NCBI GenBank assembly: GCA_038245905.1
Contig: JBBRRY010000015.1
Span: forward strand, 19,361-83,360
Source of the DNA: Thermoanaerobaculia bacterium
Lineage (GTDB): Bacteria > Acidobacteriota > Thermoanaerobaculia > UBA5066
Direction of reading: 5' to 3'
Length of the DNA: 64,000 bases
The notes beneath the pieces are model-generated. The model was not told the origin of the DNA and made no database searches. It saw only the letters and a list, made by a program, of their open reading frames with translations. Positions 18,893 to 28,713 of this stretch are shown in pieces (positions within the stretch are counted from its first letter, which is position 1; each line of letters opens with the position of its first letter). Position numbers and translations under genes: made by a program.

Positions 18893-19378
18893 TTATTTTT
18901 TCGCGGCCGGGGGCGCGGGCGCCGGGTCGTCCGCCGCGTGGTCGGCGACGTACTTCCACGCGCCGTCCTTCTGCTGCGTGGCGACGGCGCACCAGGTTCC
19001 CGTCTCCGTCGTCGCGGCCCCGCCGGCCTTCGGCGCGGTCGTCACCTTGAAGCGGCCCCAGCCCGCCGAGACGCGGCCGGCCGAGCGGTAGTGGTTGTCC
19101 ATGACGGCGGCGTCGGTCACCTTGACGGTGTTGAGCCATCCCGCGTAAGCCTCGGCGATCGCCTTCTTGCCCTGGATCGCCCCCGACCCGGGAAGGACGA
19201 GGACGGCGTCGTCGGCGTACAGGTCGGCGCACGCGGCGGCGTCGTTGGCGAGCATCGCTTTGATCCAAGCGCTATCGACCGTCATAAGGCCGTGCTTTGG
19301 CGCCGCGTCCGCAGCCGCGAGACTGCCGGCCGCGAGGGCCGCGCACACAAACAAAACGACGATTCCGGCTCTTTTCAT
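18893..19378 (-). CDS. Secreted NTF2/SnoaL-like (DUF4440) protein
   Basis: Signal peptide; LYADDAVL.PG...I.GK.AI and KDGAWKYVADH. Confidence 0.85.
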   Translation of the reverse strand: MKRAGIVVLFVCAALAAGSLAAADAAPKHGLMTVDSAWIKAMLANDAAACADLYADDAVLVLPGSGAIQGKKAIAEAYAGWLNTVKVTDAAVMDNHYRSAGRVSAGWGRFKVTTAPKAGGAATTETGTWCAVATQQKDGAWKYVADHAADDPAPAPPAAKK

Positions 19379-19415
19379 CGAGTCCCCCCTATTTCTTCTG
19401 GGTGGAGATTCTGCC

Positions 19416-20309
19416 CTAGACGGATCTTCGGCGCATCTCGCCAAGCGTGATCAGGACGACCGCCCACACGATCACGGCCGCCGCCAGAAGCGTTCTCGGG
19501 GTGACCGGCTCCGCCGCGAGAGCCCAGCCGAGAAACACGGCCACGGCCGGATTCACGAACGCGTAAGTCGAAACGAGGGCCGGGGCCGCCACGCGGAGGA
19601 GCCACATGTAAACCGTGAAGCCGAGGAGCGAGCCGAATACGAGAAGGTAGAGGAGGGCCGCCCAGGAACGCGCGGAGACGTGCGCGGGCGAGAAGCGGGT
19701 CCATTCACCCGTCGCGAGAGAAAGGGCGAGAAGCAGGCCCCCGCCCGCGAGCATCTGCAGCGCCGTCGCCTGAAGCGGTGACGACGCTGGTGTGAAGCGG
19801 CGAGAGAGAACGGAGCCGAGGGCCCACGTGAACGCGGCGAAGAGCACCGCGGCGGCTCCGAGGAGGTCGATGCGATCGCCGCCGAGCCGTGCGGGGCCGA
19901 GCAGGAGCGCGACGCCCCCGAGGCCGAGGGCGACTCCGGCGAGAGCGCGGCCGCCGGGCGCATGCCGCTCGGGCGGCAGCGCCTGCAGGAGGACGATGAA
20001 GAGCGGCTCGATCGCGATGAGGAGAGCGGCGAGGCCCGACGAGATGCGTTGCTCGGCCCAGACCACTCCGCCGTTTCCGCAGAGGAGCAGCAGGGCGCCG
20101 CACGTGAAGGCCGGCGCGAGGTCGCGGGCCGCGATGCGGGGTGCTCCCCTCGCCTTTGCGACCGCGAGGAGGATCGCGCCGGCGGCGGCGTAGCGGACAC
20201 CCGACATCACGAAGGGCGGGATCGACTCGAGTCCGAACCGGATCGCGAGGTAGGTGGATCCCCAAACGACGTAGAGGACGAGAAGGCCGAGGCCGACGCC
20301 GCGTTTCAC
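19416..20309 (-). CDS. EamA/DMT family transporter (YedA-like)
   Basis: YVVWGSTYLAIR and YAFVNPAVAVFLG; GTG start overlaps the upstream stop. Confidence 0.92.
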   Translation of the reverse strand: MKRGVGLGLLVLYVVWGSTYLAIRFGLESIPPFVMSGVRYAAAGAILLAVAKARGAPRIAARDLAPAFTCGALLLLCGNGGVVWAEQRISSGLAALLIAIEPLFIVLLQALPPERHAPGGRALAGVALGLGGVALLLGPARLGGDRIDLLGAAAVLFAAFTWALGSVLSRRFTPASSPLQATALQMLAGGGLLLALSLATGEWTRFSPAHVSARSWAALLYLLVFGSLLGFTVYMWLLRVAAPALVSTYAFVNPAVAVFLGWALAAEPVTPRTLLAAAVIVWAVVLITLGEMRRRSV

Positions 20310-22066
20310 GGCGCGATCATCGCCTCCCACACGGCGCGCGACATTCTCTTCGCCGCCTCGTAAACGCGCGCGCGCCCCTCCTCGTTCTTCCCGAAGTCGT
20401 TCGCGAGGAGGACGAGGACGTACTCACGTCCGTCCGGCAGGCGGACGATCCCCGCGTCGTGCTGGACGGAGGAGATCGACCCCGTCTTGTGGGCGACGAT
20501 GGCGCCCGACTGCGGGTGGAGGCCGGCGGGGATCTCCTCGTTAAACGTCTGTCCTGCGAGGATCTCCCAGGCCTTCGATTTCGCGGCGGCGGAAAGCTTT
20601 GGCGTCCGGACGGCGGCCTCCATGACCGCGCCCATGCCGGCCGCGTCCGTCTCGTTGTTGAGACCCTTGTCGAACGCCTTCGAGTCTTCGACGCAGCGCC
20701 GGACGTGGACGGTCGGCGCGCCGAGTGCGTCGGCGAGCTTCTGGACGTTCTCGGGCGCGACGAGCGAGAGGAGAATGTTCGTCGCGAGGTTGGACGAGCG
20801 GACGATCATCTCGGTCGCAAGGAACTCGACCGTGGCCGTCTTCCCGAGGTGCGCCACGGTAGGGCCGTCGTTGTCCTCGAGGCCGATCGAGAAGAGCGAA
20901 CCGTCGACGAGGCTCTTGAACTCGTTCTTCACGGGCAGCTCGTCGGTCAGCCGAAGGCTTCCCGCGTCTACGCGGCGGAGCACCTCGAGGAGGACGGGCG
21001 TTTTCATCGTTGAGGCGGCGTGCATGACCAGGGAGGGATCCTTTGAAAGGGAAAGACCGCTGGCGAGATCCTTGAACCAGATGCCGAAGCGCGCCCCGCT
21101 CCCGTCGGCGATCGAGTCGAGCGTGCGCTGCAGGGCGCGCACTTTCGTCACGCTGAGACGCGGCCCCTCTTCACCATCTAAGGAATTTCTCTTCAATCTC
21201 CTCGCATAACGAAACAGAGGCTTCAGGAACGGGCTGTCGAACGGCGTGATCTGGACGCCAGGGACGTTGTGCCTTGTGGACTGAAGGACCGTTCCGTCGC
21301 CGATCCACATCGCCTCGTGGTCGATCTTGTCCGGCGTCCCGAAGAAGAGGAGGTCGCCGGGCTGGAGCTTCTCGAACGCGACGGGGACGAGCTGCGGGTC
21401 CTGAAACGCTTGTTCGGAGCTGTTCCTCTTCAGCGTGACGCCGTGCTCCGAGAAGATCCGCGCCATCAGGCCGGAGCAGTCGAACCCGAGGGGCGTCGTC
21501 CCGCCCCACGTGTAGGGCGCGCCGAGGAAGCGCCTGCCGAAGGAGATCCAGGAAGAGGGGGAGGAGAGAGGGGAAGAAGAGGGAGCTTCTTTGAAGGGTA
21601 AGAAGGAGACGTCGCACGCGGCGATGTAACCGCTGCGCCCGTCCGGCAGGACGACCCGCACCCACGAATACGGGTCCCCCTCTTTACCTTCAAAGAAATC
21701 CGAAAAACCCAGGGTTGCTCCAACCGGGGCCGTGAGAAGCGGCTTCTGCTTTGTGAACGAAGGTGCCGCGTATACGTGGGCGAAGTTGGACGTCACGCGC
21801 GCGACCTTCGCTCCCGCCGCCGGCGGCGCGTCGCCCCGGCGGAGTGCCCGCTCGGGGATCCACGCAACCTCGCCCGCGGCCGTCCGTACCTTCGCGAAGC
21901 CGGCGGCGTCTTCGAGGACGGTCACGCGGTCGCCTAGGATCGCCTGGTCGTCCACGCTCGACGTCTCGTCCGGCCTCACGAAGAGGTCCTCGACGGCGGT
22001 GACGACGACCGCCGTTTTCGCCGGAGAGAGGGAAAAGAGGAGGAAGGCTGCCGCAAACGTGCGCAT
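20306..22066 (-). CDS. SH3-NlpC/P60 (YkfC-like) peptidase fused to a class A beta-lactamase-fold serine hydrolase
   Basis: Signal peptide, two SH3b-like domains, PYTWGG..GFDCSG and catalytic H (DHEAM); C-terminal domain with STMK, SSN and HKTG. Confidence 0.9.
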   Translation of the reverse strand: MRTFAAAFLLFSLSPAKTAVVVTAVEDLFVRPDETSSVDDQAILGDRVTVLEDAAGFAKVRTAAGEVAWIPERALRRGDAPPAAGAKVARVTSNFAHVYAAPSFTKQKPLLTAPVGATLGFSDFFEGKEGDPYSWVRVVLPDGRSGYIAACDVSFLPFKEAPSSSPLSSPSSWISFGRRFLGAPYTWGGTTPLGFDCSGLMARIFSEHGVTLKRNSSEQAFQDPQLVPVAFEKLQPGDLLFFGTPDKIDHEAMWIGDGTVLQSTRHNVPGVQITPFDSPFLKPLFRYARRLKRNSLDGEEGPRLSVTKVRALQRTLDSIADGSGARFGIWFKDLASGLSLSKDPSLVMHAASTMKTPVLLEVLRRVDAGSLRLTDELPVKNEFKSLVDGSLFSIGLEDNDGPTVAHLGKTATVEFLATEMIVRSSNLATNILLSLVAPENVQKLADALGAPTVHVRRCVEDSKAFDKGLNNETDAAGMGAVMEAAVRTPKLSAAAKSKAWEILAGQTFNEEIPAGLHPQSGAIVAHKTGSISSVQHDAGIVRLPDGREYVLVLLANDFGKNEEGRARVYEAAKRMSRAVWEAMIAP

Positions 22067-22091
22067 CCCGGGATTCCACCATAATCCGGCC

Positions 22092-23243
22092 ATGACGCAG
22101 CCTCCTTTCCCCTCCCTCTCCCGCCGTGAACTCATTTTCTCGTCCGCTGCCGCCGCCGCGGCTTCCGCGCTGCCCGAGGCCCTGCTCGCGGAGGCTCCTT
22201 CGGGTCCGTCCCCTTCGTCGCCCTCTCTCTCCTACCGCGCTCTTCCCTTGAAGCTCGCACACACGTGGACGATCGCGCGCGGTTCTTCGGACACGAAGAC
22301 GAACGGTCTCCTGTCGCTCTCGGGCGAAGGCGTGACGGGATACGGCGAGGCCGCCGCGAACAAGCGCTGGAACCAGAGTTTCGAGACGTCGGAGGCGGCG
22401 TTCGCGAAGGTGAAGGCGGCCGTCGCGGGGCTTTCGCCCTGGGAGCACCTGACGTGGCTCGAGCGTGCCGAGAAAGAGGCCGGGCCCGACAGCGAAGTCG
22501 TCGCCGCGCTCGACCTCGCGCTATGGGACTGGAAGGGCAAGAGGCTGAACCGTCCGGTTCACGAGCTTCTTGGAATCCCGAAGGGCCGCATGTCGATCAC
22601 GACATTCTCGATCGGGATCGACACCGCGGAGGTCATGAAGCAGAAGGTCCTGGAGGCCGCGGCGTTTCCGAGGTTGAAGATCAAGATCGGCCTCCCGAAC
22701 GACGAGGAGAACATCGCGGCGATCCGGTCCGTGACCGACAAGCCCATCACCGTGGACGCGAACGAGGGCTGGACGAGCGTGGACGAGGCGAAGAAGAAGA
22801 TCGCGTGGCTGAACGGCGTCAAACCCCTCTTCCTCGAGCAGCCCATGCCCGCGGCGATGGACGGCGAGATGGTGAAGCTCAAGGGCCTCGCGACGTTTCC
22901 GATCCTGGGCGACGAGGGGGTGCTGCATGCGTCCGACGTGGCCGCCAAGGCCGGGCTGTTCGACGGCGTCGTCCTGAAGCTCGCAAAGTCGGGCGGCATC
23001 ACCCGTGTCTACGAGATGGCGGCCGTCGCCCGCGCCCACGGCCTCAAGCTGATGCTCGGCTGCATGATCGAGTCGTCGCTCGGCATCGCGGCGGGCGTCG
23101 CCGTGGGTCCGCTCTTCGACTGGCTCGACATCGACGGCAATCTCCTCCTGGCGTCAGACCCGTTCAAGGGCCTCTCGATCGCGAGCGGCCGGTGGGCGCT
23201 GCCCGAGGGACCCGGCCTCGGCGTCGTTTTCGCGGGCGTCTAG
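22092..23243 (+). CDS. L-Ala-D/L-Glu dipeptide epimerase (enolase superfamily) with Tat signal
   Basis: SRRELIF Tat motif; KIK, VDANEGW, EQP, DE, KLAK.GG, GCMIE and DIDG motifs. Confidence 0.9.
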   Translation: MTQPPFPSLSRRELIFSSAAAAAASALPEALLAEAPSGPSPSSPSLSYRALPLKLAHTWTIARGSSDTKTNGLLSLSGEGVTGYGEAAANKRWNQSFETSEAAFAKVKAAVAGLSPWEHLTWLERAEKEAGPDSEVVAALDLALWDWKGKRLNRPVHELLGIPKGRMSITTFSIGIDTAEVMKQKVLEAAAFPRLKIKIGLPNDEENIAAIRSVTDKPITVDANEGWTSVDEAKKKIAWLNGVKPLFLEQPMPAAMDGEMVKLKGLATFPILGDEGVLHASDVAAKAGLFDGVVLKLAKSGGITRVYEMAAVARAHGLKLMLGCMIESSLGIAAGVAVGPLFDWLDIDGNLLLASDPFKGLSIASGRWALPEGPGLGVVFAGV

Positions 23244-23257
23244 CGCCTGTCAGGACG

Positions 23258-24133
23258 TCAGGTCCGAGGCACGAGTGCGATCTTCGGGCGCTCGCCCGAG
23301 CGGGTGAGCCCGCGCGAGCGCAGAAGGCGGTGGTCCGCGCGTGCGATCGTCTTCTCGAGTGTCTCGCCGTCTTCGCGCGCGGCCCAGCCAAGAGAAAAAG
23401 GCACGAGAAGCTCGCGTTCGGCCATGAACGTCAGACGCTCGCTCATCTTCTCGGTTGCCGGTGCATCGGCCCCGTCGAGAAGCAGCAGGAACTCGTCGCC
23501 CCCCATCCGCACCGTGGATTCCTCGGCGCGCGAGGCTCGCATGAGGAAGCGCGCGACCCGGTTGAGCACGGCGTCGCCCGCCTGGTGCCCAAATTCGTCG
23601 TTGTAATGCTTGAAGTGGTCGATGTCGACCATGACGCACCCCCACGAGCCGCCCGCGTCCCCGTGACGCGCGACGAACTCGGTGAGGTAGCGGCGGTTCC
23701 AACAGCCCGTGAGCGGGTCGCGAAGGGTCTGGTCCAGGAGACGGTCCTCGAGCTGTTTTCGGTCCGTGATGTCGATGAGGATGCCCTGGAGGTAGACCTC
23801 CGTCGTCTCGGGATCGACGCAGCGGTACGCGGTGTCGATAACGGTCCGGATCTCGCCGTCCCTGCGCCGGATCTGAAATTCGAAGTCGCGCACGGCTCCG
23901 TCGCGCTCGAGGACGAGCAATTCCACCTCGCGCCGTGACGGGTCGACGAGATAGTCGGCACTCGCATGCTGCCGCGCTTCCTCGAGAGACGCGAAGCCCA
24001 GCATCTCGAGAAATGCCGGGTTGCCGTCGACGATTCTCCCCGCCGCGTCGGTGACGTAGATACCCTCACGCAGGTCGCGTACGAATCGGCGCAACGCCTC
24101 AGCGTCGTCGAGACGGGAGAACCGGCTTGGCAT
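23258..24133 (-). CDS. PAS-GGDEF diguanylate cyclase
   Basis: PAS domain ending DITDRK, DPLTG, DIDHFK..ND.FGH..GD, intact GGDEF. Confidence 0.93.
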   Translation of the reverse strand: MPSRFSRLDDAEALRRFVRDLREGIYVTDAAGRIVDGNPAFLEMLGFASLEEARQHASADYLVDPSRREVELLVLERDGAVRDFEFQIRRRDGEIRTVIDTAYRCVDPETTEVYLQGILIDITDRKQLEDRLLDQTLRDPLTGCWNRRYLTEFVARHGDAGGSWGCVMVDIDHFKHYNDEFGHQAGDAVLNRVARFLMRASRAEESTVRMGGDEFLLLLDGADAPATEKMSERLTFMAERELLVPFSLGWAAREDGETLEKTIARADHRLLRSRGLTRSGERPKIALVPRT

Positions 24134-24173
24134 GGTGGGGTGGGATCCTATAACGAACGCTTGGGGCGGTTTG

Positions 24174-25769
24174 TCAAGGCGTGGTCGAAGCCGAATGCCC
24201 GTTCAGTTTCTCCGCGAGGGCGAGACCGCGTCTCATGATTTCGTTCCACGGGAAGAGGGCGCCGGGGTCGTTCTTGCGGTCCGGGGCGATGTGCTGATGC
24301 CCGGCGATCCACGGCGACTCGAGCTCGAACATCGCCGTGAGAACGCCCACGAGCCGGACGACGGTCTCGATTTGCGCGGGCGTGAACGGATACCGGTTTC
24401 CGTCCCCCGTGATCTCGACGCCGACGGACGTGCGGTTCACGGCCATCCGCCCGTGCAGGAGAGACGCGCCCGCGTGCCACGCCCGATGCTCGAGCGAGAC
24501 GAACTGCACGAGGCGGCCATCGCGTTCGACGAGGAAGTGCGAAGAGACCCTGCTCTCGGGTTTCTGGAAGAGCTCGATGCACTCTTCGTCCGTGTCCTGC
24601 GCGGTGTGGTGGAGGACGAGGGCCGAGATCGGCTCGATCTTCCACGGCATGTATCCGTCCCACCAGGAGTTCGGCATCGGGATGAGGCAGGCGTCCGTCT
24701 CGTCCCCGCCGGCGGCCCGCCAGAGGTCCCAGAAGCGGCGGTCCCCGTCCCGGAAGACGCGGTCGAGGTGCGGCGCGCCTGGGTTCGCGCGGGCCTCGGC
24801 GAGCGTCGTCTCCGCGCGGGGCACGGGCGGCACGAGGACGGGGGGAAGAAAAGGCTCGACGACAGGCGGAAGGTCCGGCAGCGAGGCGGACCAGTCGTTC
24901 ACGATCCCTGCGGCGATATCGCCCATCGCGCGGATGGCGGTGGTCGCGCTTCCCTTCGCGTCGGGGATGCGGTCGGCAAAGGCGACCAGGACGAACCGGC
25001 CCTTCTTCGTCGTGAGGATGCCCGAGTCGTTCCGAACGCCTCCGTAGCTGCCCGTCTTGCCGGCCCACGACGTCCCGCTCTCGTGCAGGAGAAGCCGGGG
25101 CAGGCGGTCGTGCGTGTGCTGCGTCGCAAGGAGCTTCGCGAGAAGGCGATCGCCCGCCGGACCCGTGAGCGTGCGCGTCGCGACGCGCCTGTAGAACTCC
25201 GCCGTGTCCTCGGGCGTCATGCTCCCAAGGGGCGGCCATTTCGGCGGCTCCTGTCCTCGACTCGGGATACGGCCGACGAGCCGGATTCCCGGCAGGCCGA
25301 GCGCGGCCATGCGGGTGTTCACGGCTTCGGCGCCGAAGAGGTCGATGAAGCGCTCGGCCGCCGTGTTGTCGGAGATCGCGATCATAAGCTGCAGGAGATC
25401 GCGATTCGTGGGCGTGAGACCCGGATCGAATTCGTCCAGCATCCCGGAGCCGGCGGCCACGTTCTTCGCGGTCAGCCTCCAGCGATCCGTCAGGTCGAAG
25501 CGGCCCTCGCGCTCGAGGGCGACGGCCTCGGCGAGGAGAGCGATCTTGATGACGCTTGCGCCTTCGAAGTTGTCCGTGGCGTTCAGCTCCAGGCGTCTCC
25601 CGCTCTCGACGTGGAGCGCGACGATTCCCATGCGCGCCCCGCTGCCCGCCGCGAGCTTCGCGACGCGGCGGGCGAGGCCCGCGTCCGGAGGTGACACGCG
25701 CAGCGAAGGCGGAAGAGTCGCGCATGAAGAAAAAAGAAGCAGCCCGGCGACGGGGAGGAGGCGCCTCAT
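24174..25769 (-). CDS. Lipoprotein: beta-lactamase-fold serine hydrolase fused to N-acetylmuramoyl-L-alanine amidase (Amidase_2/AmpD-like)
   Basis: Lipobox-like LFSSC; SVIK, SDN and KTG; then LVLHHT, VSSHF, RAWHAG, GVEI and GH..IAP.RK.DPG. Confidence 0.9.
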   Translation of the reverse strand: MRRLLPVAGLLLFSSCATLPPSLRVSPPDAGLARRVAKLAAGSGARMGIVALHVESGRRLELNATDNFEGASVIKIALLAEAVALEREGRFDLTDRWRLTAKNVAAGSGMLDEFDPGLTPTNRDLLQLMIAISDNTAAERFIDLFGAEAVNTRMAALGLPGIRLVGRIPSRGQEPPKWPPLGSMTPEDTAEFYRRVATRTLTGPAGDRLLAKLLATQHTHDRLPRLLLHESGTSWAGKTGSYGGVRNDSGILTTKKGRFVLVAFADRIPDAKGSATTAIRAMGDIAAGIVNDWSASLPDLPPVVEPFLPPVLVPPVPRAETTLAEARANPGAPHLDRVFRDGDRRFWDLWRAAGGDETDACLIPMPNSWWDGYMPWKIEPISALVLHHTAQDTDEECIELFQKPESRVSSHFLVERDGRLVQFVSLEHRAWHAGASLLHGRMAVNRTSVGVEITGDGNRYPFTPAQIETVVRLVGVLTAMFELESPWIAGHQHIAPDRKNDPGALFPWNEIMRRGLALAEKLNGHSASTTP

Positions 25770-25794
25770 CGTTCTCCCGTTCTAACATGGACGA

Positions 25795-26913
25795 ATCGAG
25801 AAAGAGCAGCGCCTTGCCGCCCTCGACATGTTTCGCGGCCTGACGGTTGTCGGGATGGTGTTCGTCAACAACCCGGGCGATTGGGGGCATCTCTACTGGC
25901 CATTCGACCATGCGGAGTGGCACGGCTGGACGCCGACGGACCTCATTTTTCCGTGGTTCCTGTTCATCGTCGGCGTCGCGGGCGTCTTCTCGCTCGAGAA
26001 GCGCTTGGCACAAGGGGCAGACCGCCTCGACCTCGCGCGCCATGCCTTTCGTCGAGGGATGACGATCGTCTTCGTCGGCTGGCTGATGGCGTTCTACCCG
26101 TTCCTGCCGTTTCTCGAGCGCCTCTCGCGCCTCAGGATCCCCGGCGTCCTTCCGCGAATCGGCGTTGCGTTCGTTTTTGGAACGTGGATCGTTCTCGCGG
26201 CCTGGAAGCGGCGCATTTTCGGGGTCGCAGCGGCGGTCGTGGCGCTTCTCGCCCTGCATACGTGGATTCTCCTCGGGACGGGCTGCGACCTCACGCCTAC
26301 CGGAAATGCCCAGCGCGCCGTGGACCTCGCGGTTCTCAAGGGTCATCTCTGGAAGAACGTGCAGGGCTGGGACCCCGAAGGGATCGTCTCGACGCTGACG
26401 GCGATCGCGACGATGCTCACCGGCACGCTGACCGGCTTTCTCCTGAGGGGCGGGGCGGGCGTGAAGGCGAAGGTCGCGCGTCTCATGACGATCGGGGCTG
26501 CCGCCACCGCAGCGGGACTCCTGTGGGGCCGGTTTCTCCCGATCAACAAGAACCTCTGGACGGCGTCGTACGTCGTTTTCACGTCGGGCGCAGCCCTTCT
26601 CGCGGTCGGCGTCTGCGTCCTCGCGATCGACGTCCTCGGGTGGAGAAAGCCCTTCGGCGTCTTCTTCACGTTCGGCACGAACCCGCTCCTCGTCTTCGTG
26701 CTCTCGGGCTTCCTTGCGAAGACGATGGGCCTGATCAAGTGGACGGACGTCGCCGGAAAGGCGATCACGCTTCACACGTGGCTCTACAGAACGTGGTTTT
26801 CCTGGATCGCGGACCCCACGTTGCGCTCGCACGCGTTTGCGCTCGTGACGATCCTCTTTTGGTGGGTGGTCCTGCGCGCCTTCGAGAAAAAGGGCTGGTT
26901 CTGGAAGATCTGA
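25795..26913 (+). CDS. Heparan-alpha-glucosaminide N-acetyltransferase-like membrane protein (HGSNAT/NagX/DUF5009)
   Basis: RLAALDMFRG, VNNPG, HAEWHG.TPTDL.FP.FLFIVG, DPEG and PINKNLWT.SYV. First in-frame ATG is at 25828; ATC at 25795 proposed as start. Confidence 0.88.
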   Translation: MEKEQRLAALDMFRGLTVVGMVFVNNPGDWGHLYWPFDHAEWHGWTPTDLIFPWFLFIVGVAGVFSLEKRLAQGADRLDLARHAFRRGMTIVFVGWLMAFYPFLPFLERLSRLRIPGVLPRIGVAFVFGTWIVLAAWKRRIFGVAAAVVALLALHTWILLGTGCDLTPTGNAQRAVDLAVLKGHLWKNVQGWDPEGIVSTLTAIATMLTGTLTGFLLRGGAGVKAKVARLMTIGAAATAAGLLWGRFLPINKNLWTASYVVFTSGAALLAVGVCVLAIDVLGWRKPFGVFFTFGTNPLLVFVLSGFLAKTMGLIKWTDVAGKAITLHTWLYRTWFSWIADPTLRSHAFALVTILFWWVVLRAFEKKGWFWKI

Positions 26914-26914
26914 G

Positions 26915-27859
26915 TCAGTCCGTGTCGAGGATGCGGCGCGGGACGTTCGAGGCCATCCGGCGGGCCGATTCGGGCGGGAGGCCGAGCGATGCGGCCCGGC
27001 TGACGCAGTCGTCGAGGAGCGCCGTCGAGCCCGCGAGCGCGCCCGACGCGTTGCGCGCGGCCCCGCCCTTCACGGTCAGCGTCTCCCCCCAGACCGCGTA
27101 GTCGCCGTCGGCCAGGCCCGCCGCGGGCATCGCGTCGCTGATGAGGGCGACGCGGTCTTCTCCCTTCACCTTCAGGACGAGTCGCAGCATCTCCGGCGCG
27201 AGGTGCTGCCCGTCCGCGATGACGTCGACCGTCACGCCGTCCGTCACGAGGCCCCAGCCGATCGGGCCGACATCGCGGTGGTGGAGCGGCTTCATCGCGT
27301 TGCCGAAATGCGTCATGTGCCGCGCACCGGCCGCGAGCGCGGCGTCGAGCGTGGAGGCGTCGGCCTCCGTGTGGCCGATCGAGACGACGAACCCACGCTT
27401 CACGAACTCCTTCACGACCGCGATGCCTCCGGGGATCTCGGGCGCGAGCGTCGTCATCCCGCGCCCCGGAGCGCTCGATGCGATCTCGAAAAACGCGCCG
27501 AGCGCGAGGGCGTCTCTCCCGTCGAGGAAATCCTCGCGGTGGAGAGCACCGCAGCGCGCGCGGGAGACGAACGGCCCCTCGAAGTGAATGCCGAGCGGCA
27601 GCGCGCCCTTCCCGTCCCCCGGCCGGCGCGACCGAATCCACGCGGAAAGCCGCGCCACGGCAACGGCCATCTCCGGCAGCGGCAGAGGGATGAGCGTAGG
27701 CAGGAAGCCAGAGACGCCGCGGGACGAGAGCCCGAACGCGAGCCTGTCCATGTCGGCGGCCGACGCCGTGACGACGTCGATGCCGAAAGCGCCGTGGATG
27801 TGGAGGTCGATGAAAGCAGGGGACGCAGAGGAAGACGAATTCTTTGTTCCGGAGCTCAC
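26915..27859 (-). CDS. nagA: N-acetylglucosamine-6-phosphate deacetylase
   Basis: FIDLHIHG, GIHFEGPF, TLAPE, GHT, THFGNAM, ADG.H, SDAM and LAGS. Confidence 0.92.
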   Translation of the reverse strand: MSSGTKNSSSSASPAFIDLHIHGAFGIDVVTASAADMDRLAFGLSSRGVSGFLPTLIPLPLPEMAVAVARLSAWIRSRRPGDGKGALPLGIHFEGPFVSRARCGALHREDFLDGRDALALGAFFEIASSAPGRGMTTLAPEIPGGIAVVKEFVKRGFVVSIGHTEADASTLDAALAAGARHMTHFGNAMKPLHHRDVGPIGWGLVTDGVTVDVIADGQHLAPEMLRLVLKVKGEDRVALISDAMPAAGLADGDYAVWGETLTVKGGAARNASGALAGSTALLDDCVSRAASLGLPPESARRMASNVPRRILDTD

Positions 27860-28713
27860 GGGAGGTTTCGCTCCGGAGGCGAGGTCAATGCGGCGGCCAC
27901 GTTTGAAGATTGCTTAGAAAGGTAATCGTCCGCGGCCTCGCACGAAAGTCCCCATTTCGCCGAGACGAGCGCGGTGGGCAGCCGCCACCCACACCTTCTA
28001 AGAAAATCTTCCGCGTTCTCTTCGGACGTGCCCGCAATGTCCCGGACGATCCTCACGGCGCGCGTCTTCAGTTTCTCGTTCGTCGGCTGCATCGCGACCA
28101 TCTCGTCCCGGTAGACGAGGCCGCGCCTCGCCATGACGGCGGTCGAAAGCATGTTGAGGGTGATCTTCTGCGCGGTTCCGGCCTTCAGGCGGCTGGACCC
28201 CTCGAGGACTTCCTTTCCCGTGTCGAGAAGGATGGCGATGTCGGCCAGCTTCTCGATCGGCCCGCCCGGGCGGCACACGACGGCGATCGTGAGGGCGCCC
28301 GCGCTCTTCGCGTGCTCCAGCGCGCCGATCACATAAAGTGTCACCCCGCTCGCGGCGATGCCGACGACGGCGTCCTTCCCCGTGAGGCCGGCGATGGAGA
28401 GGTCTTTCCCGCCGGCATCGGCGTCGTCCTCCGCGCCCTCCACGGCCTCGAACATCGCCGCCCGCCCGCCCGCGAGGAGCGCGACGACGAGCGAAGGATC
28501 CGTCCCGAAGGTGGGCGGAAGCTCCGCGGCGTCCAACGCGCCGAGGCGGCCGCTCGTCCCCGCTCCGGTATAGAACCACCGGCCGCCCGTCTCGAGCCGC
28601 TCGGCGATCGCGTCGGCCGCGCGCGCGATCGCGGGAAGGGCGGCCGTGAGCGCGACCTCGACCGCCCGATCGGCTTCGTGGAGACGCGTGACGAGATCGA
28701 GCGAATCGCTCAT
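27856..28713 (-). CDS. murQ: N-acetylmuramic acid 6-phosphate etherase
   Basis: GAGTSGRLG.LDAAE.PPTFG, EGAED and GSSRLKAGTAQK. Confidence 0.93.
   Translation of the reverse strand: MSDSLDLVTRLHEADRAVEVALTAALPAIARAADAIAERLETGGRWFYTGAGTSGRLGALDAAELPPTFGTDPSLVVALLAGGRAAMFEAVEGAEDDADAGGKDLSIAGLTGKDAVVGIAASGVTLYVIGALEHAKSAGALTIAVVCRPGGPIEKLADIAILLDTGKEVLEGSSRLKAGTAQKITLNMLSTAVMARRGLVYRDEMVAMQPTNEKLKTRAVRIVRDIAGTSEENAEDFLRRCGWRLPTALVSAKWGLSCEAADDYLSKQSSNVAAALTSPPERNLP

Noticed and set aside
20306-25769. Beta-lactam resistance genes
   Set aside because: SxxK domains are fused to muropeptide hydrolases within a recycling cluster, and I could not identify the class A omega-loop ExxLN motif.
24148-26832. 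894-aa minus-strand ORF
   Set aside because: Arg/Pro-rich off-frame or antisense overlap of two well-supported genes.
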